A stretch of DNA of 64,000 nt from Eledone cirrhosa (GCA_964016885.1 CAXHJY010000109.1:186001-250000), one strand, 5' to 3'; numbered from the stretch's first letter, positions 12,569-26,092 are shown. Numbers and translations are program-made. Notes: generated from the letters alone by a model not told the origin.

Positions 12569-12727
12569 TATATATATATGGCTGCTCCTGTATTTTATCA
12601 AGTTTGGAATGTTTATCTCAAGGTGAGATTTGAAGTGACACAGTAAAGGGACCTAACTATATGACACCAAGCATGTTGATAGATGCTCTACCGATTAAAT
12701 GTCAATCCATCATGCTGATAATATTGT

Positions 12728-13370
12728 TACTACTTTTGGCACAAGACCAGCAATTTGAAGAGAGTTGATTAGCTCAACCTCAGTATATTACTGGTACTTT
12801 ATATATTTTATCGACTATGAGAGAATGAAAGGTAAAGTCAACCTCGGCGGGATTTGAACTCGGACCTTAAAGGGATGTAACTCTATGCTGCAAAGCAGGG
12901 CGTCTGGCCCTCTACCGATACTACCAATCCACCACACGGTTTCTGGTTTTGGGCACAAGGCCAGCAATTACCTCAGTATGCTACTGGTGCCTTATTTTAT
13001 TGACCCCCGTAAGGATGAAAGGCGATGTTAACCTTGGCGGGATTTGAACTCAGACCGCCGTAAAGGGCCGTAACTCTATGCTGCAAAGCATGGTGTCCCA
13101 TCCTCTACCGGTTCTCATTTAGGCACCAGGCGCAGCAATTTTGAGGAGTGAGAGAGGAGAAAGTTTAAGTTTAAGTCGACCCCCCCCTCTCTCTCTCTCC
13201 CACCCCAGTGTATTACTGGTACTTTATTATATCAACGACCCCCCCCCCCCCCCCGGCCTCTTATGGATGAAAAGCAAAGCAAAGCTAACCTCGACAGGAT
13301 TTGAACTCGGAACAACATAAAAGGATGTAACTCTGTCACAAATACCCGACACTCTACCGACTCTGCTGCT
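12728..13370 (-). mobile_element. Three head-to-tail SINE family B copies (tRNA head + Nin/Deu-like domain)
   Basis: Repeated GGCACAAGGCCAGCAAT...TACTGGTACTTTATTTTATCGACCCC..AAGGATGAAAGGC..AACCTCGGCGGGATTTGAACTC. Confidence 0.85.
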
Positions 13371-13543
13371 AATTAACCACCTTTCCACCAATAATAATAA
13401 TGTGTTAATTTTGAAATCATTAAAATAGCCATAATGAGCTGTCACCTGGGCGACTCAGGCTTTCACTATTTTGTTTCATGTAAAAACTATTTTTTTTTAC
13501 TCTGGAATGTTAATTATTTCTCTAACTTGAAGGTATATGAAAC

Positions 13544-13592
<49 letters not shown>

Positions 13593-13645
13593 ACATATAT
13601 ATATATATATATGTGTGTTTATATATATATATATGTGTGTATATA

Positions 13646-13687
<42 letters not shown>

Positions 13688-14460
13688 TATATATATATAC
13701 ACATATATATATATATATATATGTATACACATACATACATGCATACATACATACATATATACATACATATATACACATATATATATACAAACCCATGCAA
13801 GCGTGGAAGATGGACGTTAAACGATGATGATGAAGATATACACACACATACACAGACAAATACACATACATATACACACATACATACATATACACACATA
13901 CATAGACAAATACACATATATATACACACATACATAGACAAATACACACATACATAGACAAACACACATACATATACACACATACATAGACAAACACACA
14001 TACATATACACACATACATAGACAAATACACATATATATACACACATACATAGACAAATACACATATATATACACACATACATATGCACATACACACACA
14101 TATATATACACACACGCATATGTACACTCACACACACACTTGCATATATATATATATATATATCATCATCATTTTACGTCTGCTTTTCCCTGCCTGCAAG
14201 GGTATATATATATGTGTGTGTATATATATATATATACTGCCACAGTGACATCGATCCTATTTGTTTTCTACACACTACAGCTGACATAACTCTGGAATAC
14301 AACCTTACAAGATGGCTATCTAAACAGTATTGAGTGCTTCAAACAGTGCTCTGTCTCTAACTGTAGCTACACATTTAACTCTTTACCATTTATATTACTC
14401 TACATTGCATTACTCTATGTTTACATTACTTTACCATTTACATTATTCTATACTTACTAT

Positions 14461-14652
14461 GGCGGTGAATTGGCAGTATTGGTAGAGGGTCGGACGCCAT
14501 GCTTTGACGCATAGAGTTACGGCCCTTGCCATTCTGAGTTCAAATCCCGCCGAGGTTAACTTTGTCTTTCATCCTTACGGGGTCGATAAAATAAAGTACC
14601 AGTAATACACTGGGAAATTGCTGGCCTTGTGCCAAAAGTAGAAACAATTATT
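14461..14652 (+). mobile_element. SINE family B with target-site duplication
   Basis: GGCGGTGAATTGGCAG...GAGTTCAAATCC...CTTTCATCCTTACGGGGTCGATAAAATAAAGTACCAG; flanking direct repeat ATTATTCTATACTTACT. Confidence 0.9.
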
Positions 14653-14730
14653 CTATACTTACTCTATATTACATACGTGTGTATGTGTGTGTATGTATGT
14701 GCGTGTGTATATATATATATATATATTTAT

Positions 14731-15082
14731 GGAGGCACATGGCTTAGTGGTTAGAGCATTGGCCTTGCAATCACAAAGGTTGTGAGTTCAATTCTCAGAC
14801 CGGGTGATGTGTTGTTTCCTTGAGCAAGACACTTTATTTCACATTGCTCCAGTTTACTCAGCTGTAGAAATGAGATGATAGGGACTGGGGTCCCTATCAT
14901 TCCACTGCAAAGTGGTCATGTAGGCGCCACGGCAAAAAAAGCACCCAGCACTCACTGTAAATGAGGTTGGTGTTAGGAAGGGCATCCAGCTGTAGAAATC
15001 AAGCCAGCATCAGTTCCCGCCCCACCCTTGCAAGCAGGGAGAAGCGGACGTAAAATGAAATGATGATGAATGATGATGATGA
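14731..15082 (+). mobile_element. SINE family A
   Basis: Same motifs as 9826 copy. Confidence 0.9.
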
Positions 15083-15089
15083 TATATAT

Positions 15090-15226
15090 AACGAAGGAAA
15101 TGTGGTAAGGAACGAGATGGACCATAACACACCAAAGTACTCAATACTTAGGGTAGTAGAGTGGGTAATAGGAACGAGTAGGACCCCGACGGCAGAGCTC
15201 AAGCCGTTTCGACGGCTAATTCTGGA
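15090..15226 (-). mobile_element. Family C short insert (3' half of a hammerhead plus about 100-nt tail) in TA tract
   Basis: Minus strand: CCAGAATTAGCCGTC-GAAA-CGGCTTGAGCTCTGCCG-TC-GGGGTC...TTCCTTCGTT(AT)n; recurs at 21139, 29413, 42624, 49394, 49594, 61292 and 61430. Confidence 0.8.
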
Positions 15227-15230
15227 TATT

Positions 15231-15291
<61 letters not shown>

Positions 15292-15436
15292 ATGTATGTG
15301 TGTGTATATATATATATATATGTGTGTGTGTATATATGTGTGTGTATATGTATGTGAATGTGTGTATGTATGTTTGTGTGTGTATATGTATATGTATGTA
15401 TGTATGTATATATAAATATATGTGTGTGTGTATATG

Positions 15437-15469
<33 letters not shown>

Positions 15470-15791
15470 TTATATATGTGTGTGTGTGTATATATATATA
15501 TAAAATAACTACTGTAATTAATGAGATAATTCCAGTTAATTGGTTGCCCTCTTGAGATCAATAACTACCAATCAGTAATTATGTATTGAACTCCATTGAT
15601 CTCTCTCTTTCTTAAAAACAAATGAAAATCTCTGGGACCGACTCCCTGGAGATGGATTGTGACTTTGGGGTGTAGAGCCAACCCCACCCCCGTAGCAAAT
15701 ACAGCAGCAGCAGCCCCACCATTATCACCACCACCACCACCACCGTCATCACCATCATCATTGTAACCTCTATCAGAGCCATCATTGTCAT

Positions 15792-17021
15792 TACACTACC
15801 ACTTTACAGAGTGTACTGGGTGTATTTTATCATGTCACCAACACTACCACTTTACAGAGTGTACTGGGTGTATTTTATCATGTCACCAACACTACCACTT
15901 TACAGAGTGTACTGGGTGTATTTTATCATGTCACCAACACTACCACTTTACAGAGTGTACTGGGTGTATTTTATCATGTCACCAACACTTCCACTTTACA
16001 GAATGTACTGGGTGTATTTTATCATGTCACCAACACTACCATTTTACAGAGTGTACTGGGTGTATTTTATCATGTCACCAACACTACCACTTTACAGAGT
16101 GTACTGGGTGTATTTTATCATGTCACCAACACTTCCACTTTACAGAGTGTACTGGGTCTATTTTATCATGTCACCAACACTTCCACTTTACAGAGTGTAC
16201 TGGGTCTATTTTATCATGTCACCAACACTACCACTTTACAGAGTGTACTGGGTGTATTTTATCATGTCACCAACACTACCACTTTACAGAGTGTACTGGG
16301 TGTATTTTATCATGTCACCAACACTACCACTTTACAGAGTGTACTGGGTCTATTTTATCATGTCACCAACACTACCACTTTACAGAGTGTACTGGGTGTA
16401 TTTTATCATGTCACCAACACTACCCACTTTACAGAGTGTACTGGGTGTATTTTATCATGTCACCAACACTTCCACTTTACAGAGTGTACTGGGTCTATTT
16501 TATCATGTCACCAACACTACCACTTTACAGAGTGTACTGGGTGTATTTTATCATGTCACCAACACTACCACTTTACAGAGTGTACTGGGTGTATTTTATC
16601 ATGTCACCAACACTACCCACTTTACAGAGTGTACTGGGTGTATTTTATCATGTCACCAACACTACCACTTTACAGAGTGTACTGGGTCTATTTTATCATG
16701 TCACCAACACTACCACTTTACAGAGTACTGGGTGTATTTTATCATGTCACCAACACTACCACTTTACAGAGTGTACTGGGTGTATTTTATCATGTCACCA
16801 ACACTACCACTTTACAGAGTGTACTGGGTCTATTTTATCATGTTACCAACACTACCACATTACAGAGTGTACTGGGTGTATTTTATCATGTCACCAACAC
16901 TACCACTTTACAGAGTGTACTGGGTCTATTTTATCATGTTACCAACACTACCACATTACAGAGTGTACTGGGTGTATTTTATGACACCAACACTACCACA
17001 TTACAGAGTGGACTGGGTGCT
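15792..17021. repeat. 48-bp minisatellite ACACTACCACTTTACAGAGTGTACTGGGTGTATTTTATCATGTCACCA, about 25 copies
   Basis: 16-aa periodic ORFs; reverse complement resembles the SINE A interior AAAGCACCCAGCACTCACTGTAAA. Confidence 0.95.
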
Positions 17022-17654
17022 ATTTAAGTCACATATTTGTAAACAAGTGTGTGTGTGTGTGTGTCTGTATTCTAATGTGTATGTGTATGTATTCTAGTAT
17101 ATATGTGCCTATATTCTAGTATGTATGTGTATGTATTCTAGTGTGTGTGTGTCTGTATTCTAGTATATATGTGCCTATATTCTAGTATGTATGTGTATGT
17201 ATTCTAGTATGTATGTGTATGTATTCTAGTGTGTGTGTGTGTGTGTGTCTGTATTCTAGTGTGTGTGTGTCTGTATTCTAGTGTGTATGTGTCTATATTC
17301 TAGTATGTATGTGTATGTGGTGTAATTACCTCCCAGTAAGACACCAACCCTCAACTGAGCTTCTACTGTCCTCTCACCCACCAGTATTTTACTGTCCTGT
17401 CCATACCCACCAATATTGTTTCTACCTCAAATTTCCTTAATTATATTTACTTAAGCCTTACACACACGCACACATACATATATATATGTGTGTGTGTATA
17501 TGTATATCTGTGTAGAGAAAATTAGTTTCGTTAGCTGGAAGGTGTTAAACTATCTCCAGATGTATTCTCTCTTCACTTGTCATTAAATTCCACCATTTTT
17601 CACATGTAACTTCCATACTTTATTTGTCTTTTTCTTTTTAAATATATTTATGCT

Positions 17655-17875
17655 ATTATATAGGAAACTAGATGTGGTGTTTTGGGTGGCAGGGTGTAAG
17701 GGTATTATACTAAAATATGTTTATATTTACACTATTATATAACAAACTAGATGTGGTGTTTTGGGTGGCAGGGTGTAAGGGTATTTTACTAAAATCTTTA
17801 TATTTACACTATTACATAGCAAACTAGATATGTGTTTTGGGTGGCAGGGTGTAAGGGTATTATACTGAAATATGT
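17655..17875. repeat. Three copies of an 80-90 bp unit (AAACTAGATGTGGTGTTTTGGGTGGCAGGGTGTAAGGGTATT)
   Basis: Direct inspection. Confidence 0.85.
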
Positions 17876-18202
17876 TACTCATTAATGTTTTGTTCCTTTC
17901 CTTGTTAAGGTGGCCAAGTGGCTGAGGCATCAGTGTTGGATTAAATTACTTGTGGTATTTGTTTTGGCTCTTTGCAGCTTTGAGTTCAAACCATAGACTT
18001 TAGTAAACATTTCTTATCAAGCAGATGTTTGGAACAAAACACAGTGCTTATCTTTATATACTTACTTTACTCTGTTCTAAACTATTATAATTGTGTTTGG
18101 ATGCACCCATTTTGATTTTCAAATTTTCTCTCTTTGTTTACAGTTCTATCTACATGTTTAAAGTATTCTAAGACCAATTTGTAGTCAGTGGCTCTGGAGT
18201 TT

Positions 18203-19510
18203 AGGGCAGTGGCTTGGCAGTAACCGGTAGAGCGTCAGCCTGTCATGGGAGATTGGCAGTGTTGTTAGGCCATGGTAGATTGACAGTCTCGGACAGCCTG
18301 CCATGGTAGATTGACAGTGCTATGTCAGCCTACCAAGGTAGATTGGCAGTGCTGTTAGGGCCTTAGACAGCCTACCAAGGTAGATTGGCAGTGCTGTTAG
18401 GGCCTTAGACAGCCTACCAAGGTAGATTGGCAGTGCTGTTAGGGCCTCAGGCAGCCTACCAAGGTAGATTGGCAGTGCTGTTAGGGCCTCAGGCAGCCTA
18501 CCAAGGTAGATTGGCAGTGCTGTTAGGGCCTCAGGCAGCCTACCAAGGTAGATTGGCAGTGCTGTTAGGGCCTCAGGCAGCCTACCAAGGTAGATTGGCA
18601 GTGCTGTTAGGGCCTCAGGCAGCCTACCAAGGTAGATTGGCAGTGCTGTTAGGGCCTTAGGCAGCCTACCAAGGTAGATTGGCAGTGCTGTTAGGGCCTC
18701 AGGCAGCCTACCAAGGTAGATTGGCAGTGCTGTTAGGGCCTCAGGCAGCCTACCAAGGTAGATTGGCAGTGCTGTTAGGGCCTTAGGCAGCCTACCAAGG
18801 TAGATTGGCAGTGCTGTTAGGGCCTCAGGCAGCCTACCAAGGTAGATTGGCAGTGCTGTTAGGGCCTCAGGCAGCCTACCAAGGTAGATTGGCAGTGCTG
18901 TTAGGACCTTAGGCAGCCTACCAAGGTAGATTGGCAGTGCTGTTAGGGCCTCAGGCAGCCTACCAAGGTAGATTGGCAGTGCTGTTAGGGCCTTAGGCAG
19001 CCTACCAAGGTAGATTGGCAGTGCTGTTAGGACCTTAGGCAGCCTACCAAGGTAGATTGGCAGTGCTGTTAGGGCCTCAGGCAGCCTACCAAGGTAGATT
19101 GGCAGTGCTGTTAGGGCCTTAGGCAGCCTACCAAGGTAGATTGGCAGTGCTGTTAGGGCCTTAGGCAGCCTACCAAGGTAGATTGGCAGTGCTGTTAGGG
19201 CCTTAGGCAGCCTACCAAGGTAGATTGGCAGTGCTGTTAGGGCCTTAGGCAGCCTACCAAGGTAGATTGGCAGTGCTGTTAGGGCCTTAGGCAGCCTACC
19301 AAGGTAGATTGGCAGTGCTGTTAGGGCCTTAGGCAGCCTACCAAGGTAGATTGGCAGTGCTGTTAGGGCCTTAGACAGCCTGCCATAGTTAGCTTTTGCC
19401 TCTCGTCCCTATTTGGGGGGTGTCGATAAAATGAAGTATCAGTAACACACGGGTCTATTTAATTGACTTTCTCCTCCCTGCCAAATTGCTGGCCTTGTGC
19501 CTAAAACCAT
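18203..19510 (+). mobile_element. SINE family B whose head has expanded into a 42-bp minisatellite (about 18327-19385, about 25 copies)
   Basis: Head GGGCAGTGGCTTGGCAGTAACCGGTAGAG at 18203; unit GGTAGATTGGCAGTGCTGTTAGGGCCTCAGGCAGCCTACCAA; SINE 3' half GTCGATAAAATGAAGTATCAG...TTGCTGGCCTTGTGCC resumes at 19390-19510. Confidence 0.85.
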
Positions 19511-20218
19511 TATTAATCTGGTGTTTGGAACATAACAAAGGTTCTCACACAAAATTGAAAGTTTTTTTTGTTTCTTATTTAAACTAAATACACAGGGTTT
19601 AGAAGAATCACGTTTTTTATGATAGAACCAGGGTCAGTGTGATATGAATAGTGCTGAAAATGGGATCTTTTGTATTAGGTAGGTTTTCACCTATGGTACG
19701 CTGATGTAAAGGGTTTACATACACCCTTTACTAATCTCTTTCCATGAAGAGCCTCCCTCCCCCCACCCATTTTTTTCATCTCAGCATAACAACCTTACCT
19801 CCACCCACCCACCCTCCACCATCTTGACCTTTATTTTGCTTTAACCCCTCCCCTCTTGTATTGTTTAGTTACCCCTGACAACCGGTCATGCCTGAATGGT
19901 TTTCTTCACAGATTTGTTGAAGTCATCCACCCATGAAATCCACCCCCCTCCTCCCTTCCCTCCTATGTCAGTTAATTCATTGCTGAACTTTTCAACTTTT
20001 ACTTCTTTTTTTACTCTCTCCAGTGAGTTCTCTCCCTTGCTTCTTTTGAGAGGGAATAACATTACGATTTAACTCACATGACTAACACTATAACACCAAC
20101 CCTCATGAGACTCAGCCTGTTCCTATAACACCAGTTTGAAGTGAAATCACATGGCCTAGTGGTTAGGGTGTTGGACAGGCATTGATTCTCAAACATGCTT
20201 TATTGTTACCATGTACTT

Positions 20219-20274
<56 letters not shown>

Positions 20275-20782
20275 GTTGATGGTATATTTAGTCAGTTTCT
20301 ACATGCTGTCGAAATGTTGGATAAATACTCGATTGAGGCCGCCGTGAAGAGGCTACGTTCGGTTATTTGTGAGAGATTTCTCCATAAGAGCATTTATTCT
20401 TATAGGTTGTTCTAATTGATTTTTTATATGGTTAATTATGCTAATTAGAAGAAGAAATAGTATATATTTTATTATCTGATGATTCTAAAGACATGATTTA
20501 TGATATATATATATATAGTATTAAAGATACTATTTATGGTTATGTATATACTAAAACTTTTTATAGTTATATATATTTTAAACCCTAAACAGTGAAAGAC
20601 AGTAATTTATTACTACCTTATTACCAGTAAGATAAATAGCTCAATGTAATAACATCAGTTGTTCTACAGAGCAGTTATATATATAATGTGTGTGTGTGTG
20701 TGTGTTTCCCAGGTTCAACGGGGGGTAACCACAGTAAGTAAGGTACTCAATACATAGCAGATTATAAATATTTAATATAGAA

Positions 20783-20879
20783 ATGGCTTCTACAGGACTA
20801 GAACTGTTTCATTTGAAGGAAATCATCAGGTCCTGATGGTTTCCTTCGAATGAAACAGTTCTAGTCCTGTAGAAGCCAT
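20783..20879. mobile_element. 48-bp-arm palindrome containing a hammerhead on the minus strand (20793-20835)
   Basis: Minus: CAGGAC-CTGATGA-TTTCCTTCAAAT-GAAA-CAGTTC-TA-GTCCTG; centre at 20831; a related fragment lies at about 61915-61945. Confidence 0.75.
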
Positions 20880-20933
20880 GTATATATTTAGAATAAGGAA
20901 ATGGGAAGTAATTTCAGACTTTATTAATAAGAG

Positions 20934-21004
20934 TGTGATACATATTTCAATGACGACAGCGACCACGTGATTTGACCTAACCAGTGCCGTGATCTCATCA
21001 GACA
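20934..21004 (-). ncRNA. Putative hammerhead (weak stem I)
   Basis: TGT-CTGATGA-GATCACG...CGTGGTC..-GAAA-TATGTA-TC-ACA. Confidence 0.5.
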
Positions 21005-21104
21005 GCTTCTTACATAAGGTTACATTCTTGAGGCAATCCAAATTAAAACGACAAAGGAATGGTCAAAGATGATGTTCTTGAAGTCATCGTCCGTTCCCAG
21101 AAGG

Positions 21105-21138
<34 letters not shown>

Positions 21139-21140
<2 letters not shown>

Positions 21141-21330
21141 CGAAGGAAATGTGGTAAGGAACCAGGTGGACCATAACACACCAAAGTACTCAATACTTAG
21201 GGTAGTAGAGTGGGTAATAGGAACAAGTAAGACCCCGACGGCTGAGCTCAAGCCGTTTCGACGGCTAATTCTGACAGAATTAGCCGTCGAAACGGCTTGA
21301 GCTCAGCCGTCGGGGTCTTACTTGTTCCTA
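21139..21330. mobile_element. Family C insert with perfect 56-bp-arm fold-back (centre 21274)
   Basis: 21218-21273 is the exact reverse complement of 21275-21330. Confidence 0.88.
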
Positions 21331-21390
21331 TATATATATACATATATATAATTCAATAAAACCAAGGATTAGTATTATTATTTATTTATA

Positions 21391-21582
21391 GGGCAGTGGA
21401 TTGGAAGTATCGGTAGAGGGTCGATGCCATGCTTTGCAGCAAAGAGTTACGGCCGTTTATGGTCTGAATTCAAATCCCGCCGAGGTAAACTTTGCCTTTC
21501 ATCCTTACGGGGTCGATAAAATAAAGTACCAGTAATACACTGGGATAATTGCAGGCCTTGTGCCAAAAGTAGAAACAATTAT
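21391..21582 (+). mobile_element. SINE family B with TSD TTATTATTTATTTATA
   Basis: Family motifs plus flanking direct repeat. Confidence 0.9.
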
Positions 21583-21811
21583 TATTTATTTATACATCAC
21601 TACAGGCGTTTCAATGTGGTTAGAGTATCTCATCAATTGTGGAGAAAATAGATGTTATCAGTAAAATTACTCCATTGAATTGTAAATGCTCTGCTACTAT
21701 AACTTTGCTCCTGAAGAATGAAGGGTAAAAAAGTGCATTAAGCTTAATCCATCTTACCAATGAAAACCTCATATAACCTCATATCATCATCATCATCATG
21801 TATATATATAT

Positions 21812-23332
21812 CCATACTGTAAAGTGGTCATGGAGGAGTCATGACAAAATGCACCCAGCCCACACTGTAAAGTGGTCATGGAGGAGTCATGACAAAATGC
21901 ACCCAGCCCACACTGTAAAGTGGTCATGTAGAAGTCACAACAAAAAGCACCCAGCACACACTGTAAAGTGGTCATGTAGAAGTCACAACAAAAAGCACCC
22001 AGCACACACTGTAAAGTGGTCATGTAGAAGTCACAACAAAAAGCACCCAGCCCACACTGTAAAGTGGTCATGTAGAAGTCACAACAAAAAGCACCCAGCC
22101 CACACTGTAAAGTGGTCATGTAGAAGTCACAACAAAAAGCACCCAGCACACACTGTAAAGTGGTCATGTAGAAGTCACAACAAAAAGCACCCAGCACACA
22201 CTGTAAAGTGGTCATGTAGAAGTCACAACAAAAAGCACCCAGCACACACTGTAAAGTGGTCATGTAGAAGTCACAACAAAAAGCACCCAGCACACACTGT
22301 AAAGTGGTCATGTAGAAGTCACAACAAAATGCACCCAGCACACACTGTAAAGTGGTCATGTAGAAGTCACAACAAAAAGCACGCAGCACACACTGTAAAG
22401 TGGTCATGTAGAAGTCACAACAAAAAGCACCCAGCACACACTGTAAAGTGGTCATGTAGAAGTCACAACAAAAAGCACCCAGCACACACTGTAAAGTGGT
22501 CATGTAGAAGTCACAACAAAAAGCACCCAGCCCACACTGTAAAGTGGTCACGTAGAAGTCACAACAAAAAGCACCCAGCACACACTGTAAAGTGGTCATG
22601 TAGAAGTCACAACAAAAAGCACCCAGCCCACACTGTAAAGTGGTCACGTAGAAGTCACAACAAAATGCACCCAGCCCACACTGTAAAGTGGTCATGTAGA
22701 AGTCACAACAAAAAGCACCCAGCACACACTGTAAAGTGGTCATGTAGAAGTCACAACAAAAAGCACCCAGCACACACTGTAAAGTGGTCACGTAGAAGTC
22801 ACAACAAAAAGCACCCAGCACACACTGTAAAGTGGTCATGTAGAAGTCACAACAAAAAGCACCCAGCACACACTGTAAAGTGGTCATGTAGAAGTCACAA
22901 CAAAAAGCACCCAGCCCACACTGTAAAGTGGTCACGTAGAAGTCACAACAAAATGCACCCAGCCCACACTGTAAAGTGGTCATGTAGAAGTCACAACAAA
23001 AAGCACCCAGCACACACTGTAAAGTGGTCATGTAGAAGTCACAACAAAAAGCACCCAGCACACACTGTAAAGTGGTCATGTAGAAGTCACAACAAAAAGC
23101 ACCCAGCACACACTGTAAAGTGGTCACGTAGGAGTCAGGATAAAAAGTACCCAGCACACACTGTAAATGTTGTTGGCGTTAGGAAGAGCATCCAGCTGTA
23201 GAAACCCAGACAGAAAAGTTCTATATGAGCAAGACACAGTCACCTGCTCCAACTTGCCTCAAATGGGACAACCCGTCTAACCCATGCTAATGTGCAAAAT
23301 GGATGTTAAACTATGATGATGATGATGATGAT
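21812..23332 (+). repeat. 48-bp minisatellite (about 28 copies) derived from SINE A interior, followed by the SINE 3' end
   Basis: Unit CACACTGTAAAGTGGTCATGTAGAAGTCACAACAAAAAGCACCCAGCA; at about 23160 the sequence continues into GTTGGCGTTAGGAAGAGCATCCAGCTGTAGAAA...(GAT)n. Confidence 0.92.
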
Positions 23333-23364
<32 letters not shown>

Positions 23365-24761
23365 TCAGGACCCAAATATACATCAGATGGATGTTTTATA
23401 TATCCCTAATTTTATTTTCATCTTATTTCATCTAATATTTCTATAGAGATTTTACTTATTTTATTTCATTTTTTTTAAATTTTATTTTATTTTTATTTAC
23501 ATATTCTGGTTTCATTTCATTTCTAATATACTCCTGTGTTCCTCTTTACCCATCCTGTTCTAAAGCCTCTCCAAACTCCCTATAACCCCCTTGCCCTTTG
23601 CAAACCTCTCTAAACTGCCTATGACCCCACCCAACCTTTTCAGATCTCTCCAGCTCCCTATAAACCAATTTCAAATGAAAGTAGATCTTCAGTTTTTAGT
23701 AAGGGAGATAGAAGTCTTTTATTTCTAGAAGATAATTTTATCTATTTTTATATTTTATTATTTATTCTATATTTTATTTATAGTTTTTATATTGCCACCA
23801 AGATATCGCTAGCTGGATGACTAATAATAATTAATACCATTTTCTCTCCTTTTTAATTCCTTTCTGATGACGTCAAGGAAATTGTCAGTTCCGATGCCAT
23901 TATAACCCCCCCCCCCCCTCTCATCCCCCCATCTCAGTTTTTTTTTTTATTCGTTTTCATTTCTTTCTATACCTCAGTGTGTCTTTCATTCTCCCATTGC
24001 AACGATTCCCCAACAATTTTGCTGTTGTTTTCGGAATTTGCTAAATTTGTTATTATTTCTGTTGTTATTATTTTGTTTAAATTGATAAATTATCCCTGAA
24101 ATATTGTAACAGTTCGTCATAACTTTATTCACTTTAACTGTTTTGTTAGCATATTTCTAAGATTTATCAAATAATTTTGAAAATAATTAAAGAATTCAGA
24201 AGAATTAATATAACTAACTTTCTCATTAAATTAATCTGGTGTTTAGAATATATTTTTAATAAAAGACTCGATGACTTTCAAACAACTTTAAATATGATTA
24301 AATAATTGCTAAGCTGGTGTTTGGAACATAACTTAACAAAAGTTCTTAATATTGAAATTAAAGATAACTAATAAACATTTTAACTCTTTCCAATATTTCT
24401 TATGAGACACATTATCCCCTGCTTTTCAAATAATTTTAAAAATCAATAATTTGGTGGGATTTAGTAAAATAACTTTCTTCTAATAAGATGATTTTTGGAA
24501 CATAAAGGTTTATACATTGTTACAAATATCTTAATAATGAAATAATTAATAATTTAAGTACATTCTTTATTAATTAACGCTTTAGATAGCAACCCACCTG
24601 AAACACCATTTGTTTTGTTTTAAAGTCTCTAATTATATCAAAACCTTCCATCGTTATTTTAGAATTTTTCTGAAGAATCACTCTAAACGTAATCAGAAAA
24701 TTAATATTGTTAAATCTGTTCAACTTCGTGATTATGTTCAAAATTTGAACATCATAGTGGG

Positions 24762-25491
24762 CAGTGTCTTTCATTAGAAATATGGTAATGAAAGGGTTAA
24801 AGATATAGGTAGTGTCTTTCATTAGAAATATAGTAACCCTTTAGCATTTAAACCAGCTGTAATTGGCAACTCATACCTACAATAAGGTATTATCCTCAAA
24901 ATGGATAACATCAACTGTCCAGCAATTCTCTCCTAAGACATTCTAATCATAAAATAAAGCCTTTACCATGAAAATATAATAGTATATATAGAGTAAGGTA
25001 AATACTAAAGGGTTAAAGATATAGACTGTGTCTTTCATTAGAAATAAGGTAATGAATGGGTTAATGACATAGACAGTGTCTTTCATTAGAAATATGGTAA
25101 TGAAAGGGTTAATGACATAGACAGTGTCTTTCATTAGGAATATGGTAATGAAAGGGTTAATGACATAGACAATGTCTTTCATTAGAAATATAGTAATGAA
25201 AGGTTTAATGACATAGACAGTGTCTTTCATTAGGAATATGGTAATGGAAGGGTTAATGACATAGACAGTGTCTTTCATTAGGAATATGGTAATGGAAGGG
25301 TTAATGACATAGGTAGTGTCTTTCATTAGAAATAAGGTAATGAAAGGGTTAATGACATAGACAATGTCTTTCATTAGAAATATAGTAATGAAAGGTTTAA
25401 TGACATAGACAGTGTCTTTCATTAGAAATATAGTAATGGAAGGGTTAATTACATAGATAGTGTCTTTCATTAGAAATATGGTAATGAAAGG
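24762..25491. repeat. 48-bp minisatellite AAAGGGTTAATGACATAGACAGTGTCTTTCATTAGAAATATGGTAATG, about 11 copies, interrupted by the MITE
   Basis: 16-aa periodic ORF 24943-25470; unit contains the MITE-end motif AAAGGG-TTAA. Confidence 0.9.
24837..25012. mobile_element. TTAA-type (piggyBac-like) MITE
   Basis: TIRs CCCTTTAGCATTT / AAATACTAAAGGG, flanks GTAA and TTAA. Confidence 0.7.
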
Positions 25492-26092
25492 ATTCTACCA
25501 ATCTGACAACAATTCTGCCAATACACTGCCCACAATTCTGCCAATTTAGCAATGACCTGTAAATACAAGAATAACATCCCCCCCCCCCCCCCCAAAAAAA
25601 ATCATCACACATTAAAATATTGTTTCTTGCTGGAATCTTGGCTCCTGGCTTCCATATATGATAGAATCATCCAGAAAAATGGTCTGGTTTGTTAATTTCA
25701 AATTAGTTTTAAGTAAACATCTTTGATGGGAGGAGGGGGAGAGAGGGTGGTAGTAGTAGTAGTGGTGGTGGTGGTGGTGGTAGTGGTAGCAGTGATGGTT
25801 GTTGTTGTGGTTGTTGTTACTGTGGTTGTGGTTGATATTGCTGTGGTTGTTGTTACTGTTGTGGTTGTTGTTGCTGTTGTGGTTGTTGTTGCTGTTGTGG
25901 TTGTTTTTGTTGTTGTTGCTGTTGTTGTTCCCACCTCAAGATGTGTAGACAATGTGCCAGTGATACTTGTATCTCACCTCATGTGTGTGTGTGTGTGTGT
26001 GTGTGTACATCTCTCTCTATACACACACATCTCTCTCTCTATATATATACACACATCTCTCTCTCTATGTATATATAGAGAGAGGGGTGTGC

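Noticed and set aside
23860-23892. CTGATGA...GAAA..TC hammerhead-like string
   Set aside because: Stems I and III cannot form; it overlaps a TGACGTCA (CRE-like) word and is probably coincidental.
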